DNA of 64,000 bases from Scenedesmus sp. PABB004 (taxonomy: Eukaryota): the NCBI GenBank assembly GCA_014905635.1, contig CM026547.1, positions 2,418,001 to 2,482,000 of the forward strand. Reading direction: 5' to 3'. Under the pieces are notes generated by a model. The model was not told the DNA's origin and did no database searches. It saw only the letters and a list, made by a program, of their open reading frames with translations. Every line of letters starts with the position of its first letter. The stretch's first letter is position 1. Below are positions 61,331 to 64,000 of the stretch, piece after piece. The translations under genes and the position numbers were made by a program.

Positions 61331-62068
61331 TCAGGGCTCCTCGCCCTCCTCGTCCAGCAGGCGCAGCTCGCGCCGCAGGCGGCGCGCCTCTGCGGCGAGC
61401 ACGCGCGCCTGCGCCGCCTGGCGCGCGCTGTGCAGCGCGTCGTAGCACCCCACGGCGAGCAGCGCGCCCAGCGACAGCCGCTGCGGGCGGGCCGGCGGGC
61501 CGGCGGGCGGGCGGGCGGGCGGGCGGGCGGGCGGGCGGGCGGGCGGGCGGGCGGGCGGGTGCAGCCGCCGCCGCCACTGCCGCCGCCGCGTCGCCGGCGC
61601 GGGCGGCTCGCGGCGCCGCACCTTCCACAGCCGCGCGTTGCGCCGCGCCACGGGGGCGCGCAGCAGCTCCGGCACGACGGCCAGGTACGCCGCGTGCGCG
61701 CCGGCGCCGAGCATGAACGCGCTGCCTGCGCGGCGCGTCGTGCGGCCGGCCGGCGCGGCGGCGGTCGGCCGCTGCTGCGCCTGCCGCCGTCGCCGCCACT
61801 GCGGCCACGCGCAGCGCCGCTGCTCACCCAGCGCCACCAGCGTCTGCTCGCCGCGCGTGCGCAGCCAGTCGTCCAGCCTCTGCGTGCGGGGCGGCACCGC
61901 TCGCAGCGCCGGCCGCCGGCCGCCGCTCGCAGGCCGGCAGCGGCTGCCGCTGCTCTCCCCGCGCGCGCCGCGCGGCGGGCGCACCCGGCCCGCGGCGGCT
62001 GTCGCCAGCGCCAGCACCGATGGAGGCGGGCCGTCGGGCCCGCCCTGGGCGGCGGCCTGGGCGGCCAT
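61331..62068 (-). CDS. Small hypothetical membrane protein
   Basis: Exon-like blocks RLDDWLRTRGEQTLVALG, SAFMLGAGAHAAYLAVVPEL, RLSLGALLAVGCYDAL...RLLDEEGEEP separated by GT-AG introns. Confidence 0.6.
   Translation of the reverse strand: MAAQAAAQGGPDGPPPSVLALATAAAGRVRPPRGARGESSGSRCRPASGGRRPALRAVPPRTQRLDDWLRTRGEQTLVALGEQRRCAWPQWRRRRQAQQRPTAAAPAGRTTRRAGSAFMLGAGAHAAYLAVVPELLRAPVARRNARLWKVRRREPPAPATRRRQWRRRLHPPARPPARPPARPPARPPAGPPARPQRLSLGALLAVGCYDALHSARQAAQARVLAAEARRLRRELRLLDEEGEEP
61504..61559. repeat. (GGGC)n tetranucleotide microsatellite, intronic
   Basis: About 13 tandem gggc units. Confidence 0.9.
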
Positions 62069-62341
62069 ACGCTCGCGCGGCGCGGCGGGCGGCGGGCAGC
62101 GCGCGGGTTGGCGGCGGTTGCGGCGGCGATCGCGCGCGGCAGCGGCCGTGTGCTGTCGCTCGTGCTGCCGGCACCGGGAGTGGGCGCGGCGGCGCGAGCG
62201 GTTGGGGCGCCGAGAACCCGCCGGCCGGTGCCCCTGCTGCTCGGCGGCCCTCGCAAGTGGCCCACACTGCGCCCGCCCGTCCGCACCGTGAGGCTGCCCT
62301 GTGACCGTCGCGCCGCGCGCCGCGTCCAGCGCCCGCGTGGA

Positions 62342-64000
62342 ATGAAAGCCCTACAGCAGCATGCGCCTTGCCGCGCCCGGCGCGCCGCGCCTGGCGCCGG
62401 CCGGCGCGCGCTGAGCGTGCGGGCGGCCGCAGCGGTGCGTGGGCGCCGTCTGGGGCAGCGCCGTGCGCCGCGCCAGCCCACGCCGGCCCCGCACCGCAGG
62501 CGCCTGCTGCCGCGCCCGCCAAGGCCGGCCCCGGCGCCGAGACGTGCCGCGTGGCGGTGCTGGGCGCGTCGGGCTACACGGGCGCCGAGGTGGTCCGCCT
62601 CAGCGCGCTGCACCCGCACCTCACGATCACGGCGCTCACCGGCGACCGCCAGGCCGGCAAGGTGCGGCGCGCCGCGCCTGCCCGCGCCGCCGCTGCGCCG
62701 ACCGCGCTGACCGCCCTCCCGCCGCCCTCCCGCCGCCGGCGCGGCGGGGCTCTCGGGCAGGCGTTCTCGGAGGTCTTCCCGCACCTCGTCGCCGCGGCGG
62801 ACGTGCCGCGGCTGGCCAAGATCGACGACGTCGACTTCAGCGCCGTGGACGCGGTGTTCTGCTGCCTCCCGCACGCGACGACGCAGAAGATCATCAGCGC
62901 CCTGCCGGAGCACCTCAAGATCGTCGACCTCTCCGCCGACTTCCGCCTCGCAAACGTCGACACCTACGCAGAGTGGTGCGGCGCGCCGGCACGCGGCAGG
63001 CGCCGCGGCGTGCCCCGCCATCCAAAGAACGACCCCGAAGGTCGGGCTCGTTCTGGTGCACCGCGGTGTGCCTCGTCATCCAAAAGAAGGACCCGGGCCG
63101 TCCTTTTGGATGACGGGGCGCGCCGCGGCGCACCAGAACGAGCCCGACGCCGGGGTCGTCCTTTTGGATGGCGGGGCGCGCCGCGGCGGGCGGCGGCGCA
63201 GCAGGCGGCAGAGCGGCGCGGCGGCGGCGACCGCGGCCCACAGCGCGGCGCCGCGCCGGCTCGCAGGTACGGCGGCGAGCACAGCGCGCCGGAGCTTCAG
63301 AAGACCGCAGTGTACGGCCTGACCGAGGTGTACCGCGACGCGATCGCGCCCGCGCGCCTCGTGGCCAACCCGGGGTGCTACCCCACGACGGTGCAGCTGC
63401 CGCTGCACCCGCTGCTGCGCGCGGGGCTCATCTCGCCCGACGACATCATCATCGACGCTAAGTCGGGTGCGGCGGCGGCGTGACGCACAGCCGAGCCGCG
63501 CGCGCGCACGCCCCCCGCGCGGCAGGGCCAGCGGCGGCACCGGCGGCGGCGGCAGCGGCCCGCGCGCGCGCCGACCCACGCCGCGCGCCGACCCTGCCGC
63601 CGCGTGTGGGTCAGGCGTGAGCGGCGCGGGGCGCAGCGCGAAGGAGTCCAACCTGTACGCCGAGATCGCGGAGGGCATCAACGCGTACGGCGTGACCAAG
63701 CACCGCCACATGCCCGAGATTGAGCAGGGCCTCAGCGACGCCGCGGGCAAGCCCGTGACCGTGAGCTTCACGCCCCACCTCATGCCCATGAGCAGGTGCG
63801 CCCCGCCGGCCGCGGGGGTGTGGGGGGTGTGGGGGCTGCGGGGGCGTGGCTGGGGACCGCGGCGCGGCGCGGCCGACCCCGCCCCGCTCCGCCCGCCGTG
63901 CCCCGCGCTCCGCCCGCACGCGCCGCGGCGGCCAGGGGCATGCAGTCGACCATGTACGTCAAGCTCGCGGGCGGCGCGAGCGTGGAGGACCTGCGCGCCA
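62342..64000 (+). CDS. argC: Plastid N-acetyl-gamma-glutamyl-phosphate reductase, 3' end outside the window
   Basis: Transit peptide, [78 protein letters not shown]. Confidence 0.97.
63001..63188 (+). ncRNA. Long intronic fold-back, candidate miRNA precursor (alternatively a MITE-like inverted repeat)
   Basis: 63001-63086 is a near-perfect reverse complement of 63103-63188, inside argC intron 62976-63266. Confidence 0.6.

Noticed and set aside
121..63962. Hundreds of long Arg/Ala/Pro-rich ORFs in the track (e.g. 36428-39586, 45963-48809, 59783-62710)
   Set aside because: Stop codons are scarce at about 80% GC. These are off-frame or antisense shadows of spliced genes.

Overview
Gene-dense, intron-rich eukaryotic nuclear DNA of about 80% GC. 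Gene content and splicing style point to a chlorophyte green alga (Sphaeropleales-like, inferred). Most long ORFs in the supplied track are GC-shadow artefacts. Manual exon joining recovers about 26 spliced genes, including mago nashi, MSH6, LCV/COV1, an NPU-like protein, Nup50-like, a PPR protein, UMP synthase, RPLP1, a PRC-barrel protein, a cis-prenyltransferase, an RS-rich protein, OSCP1, a divergent Argonaute, a DUF1995 protein, VPS35, a CDPK, a PsbS-related protein, a FAM228-like protein and argC (runs off the end). Highlights: (1) a divergent Argonaute with a DEDD tetrad, altered PAZ pocket and internal RGG insert; (2) a 188-nt intronic hairpin in argC that looks like a tandem miRNA precursor; (3) at least 14 GC-AG introns among roughly 110; (4) a membrane protein carrying a bacterial-looking globular domain; (5) a PsbS-like protein lacking the pH-sensing glutamates. 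Family calls come from recalled motifs, not database searches.
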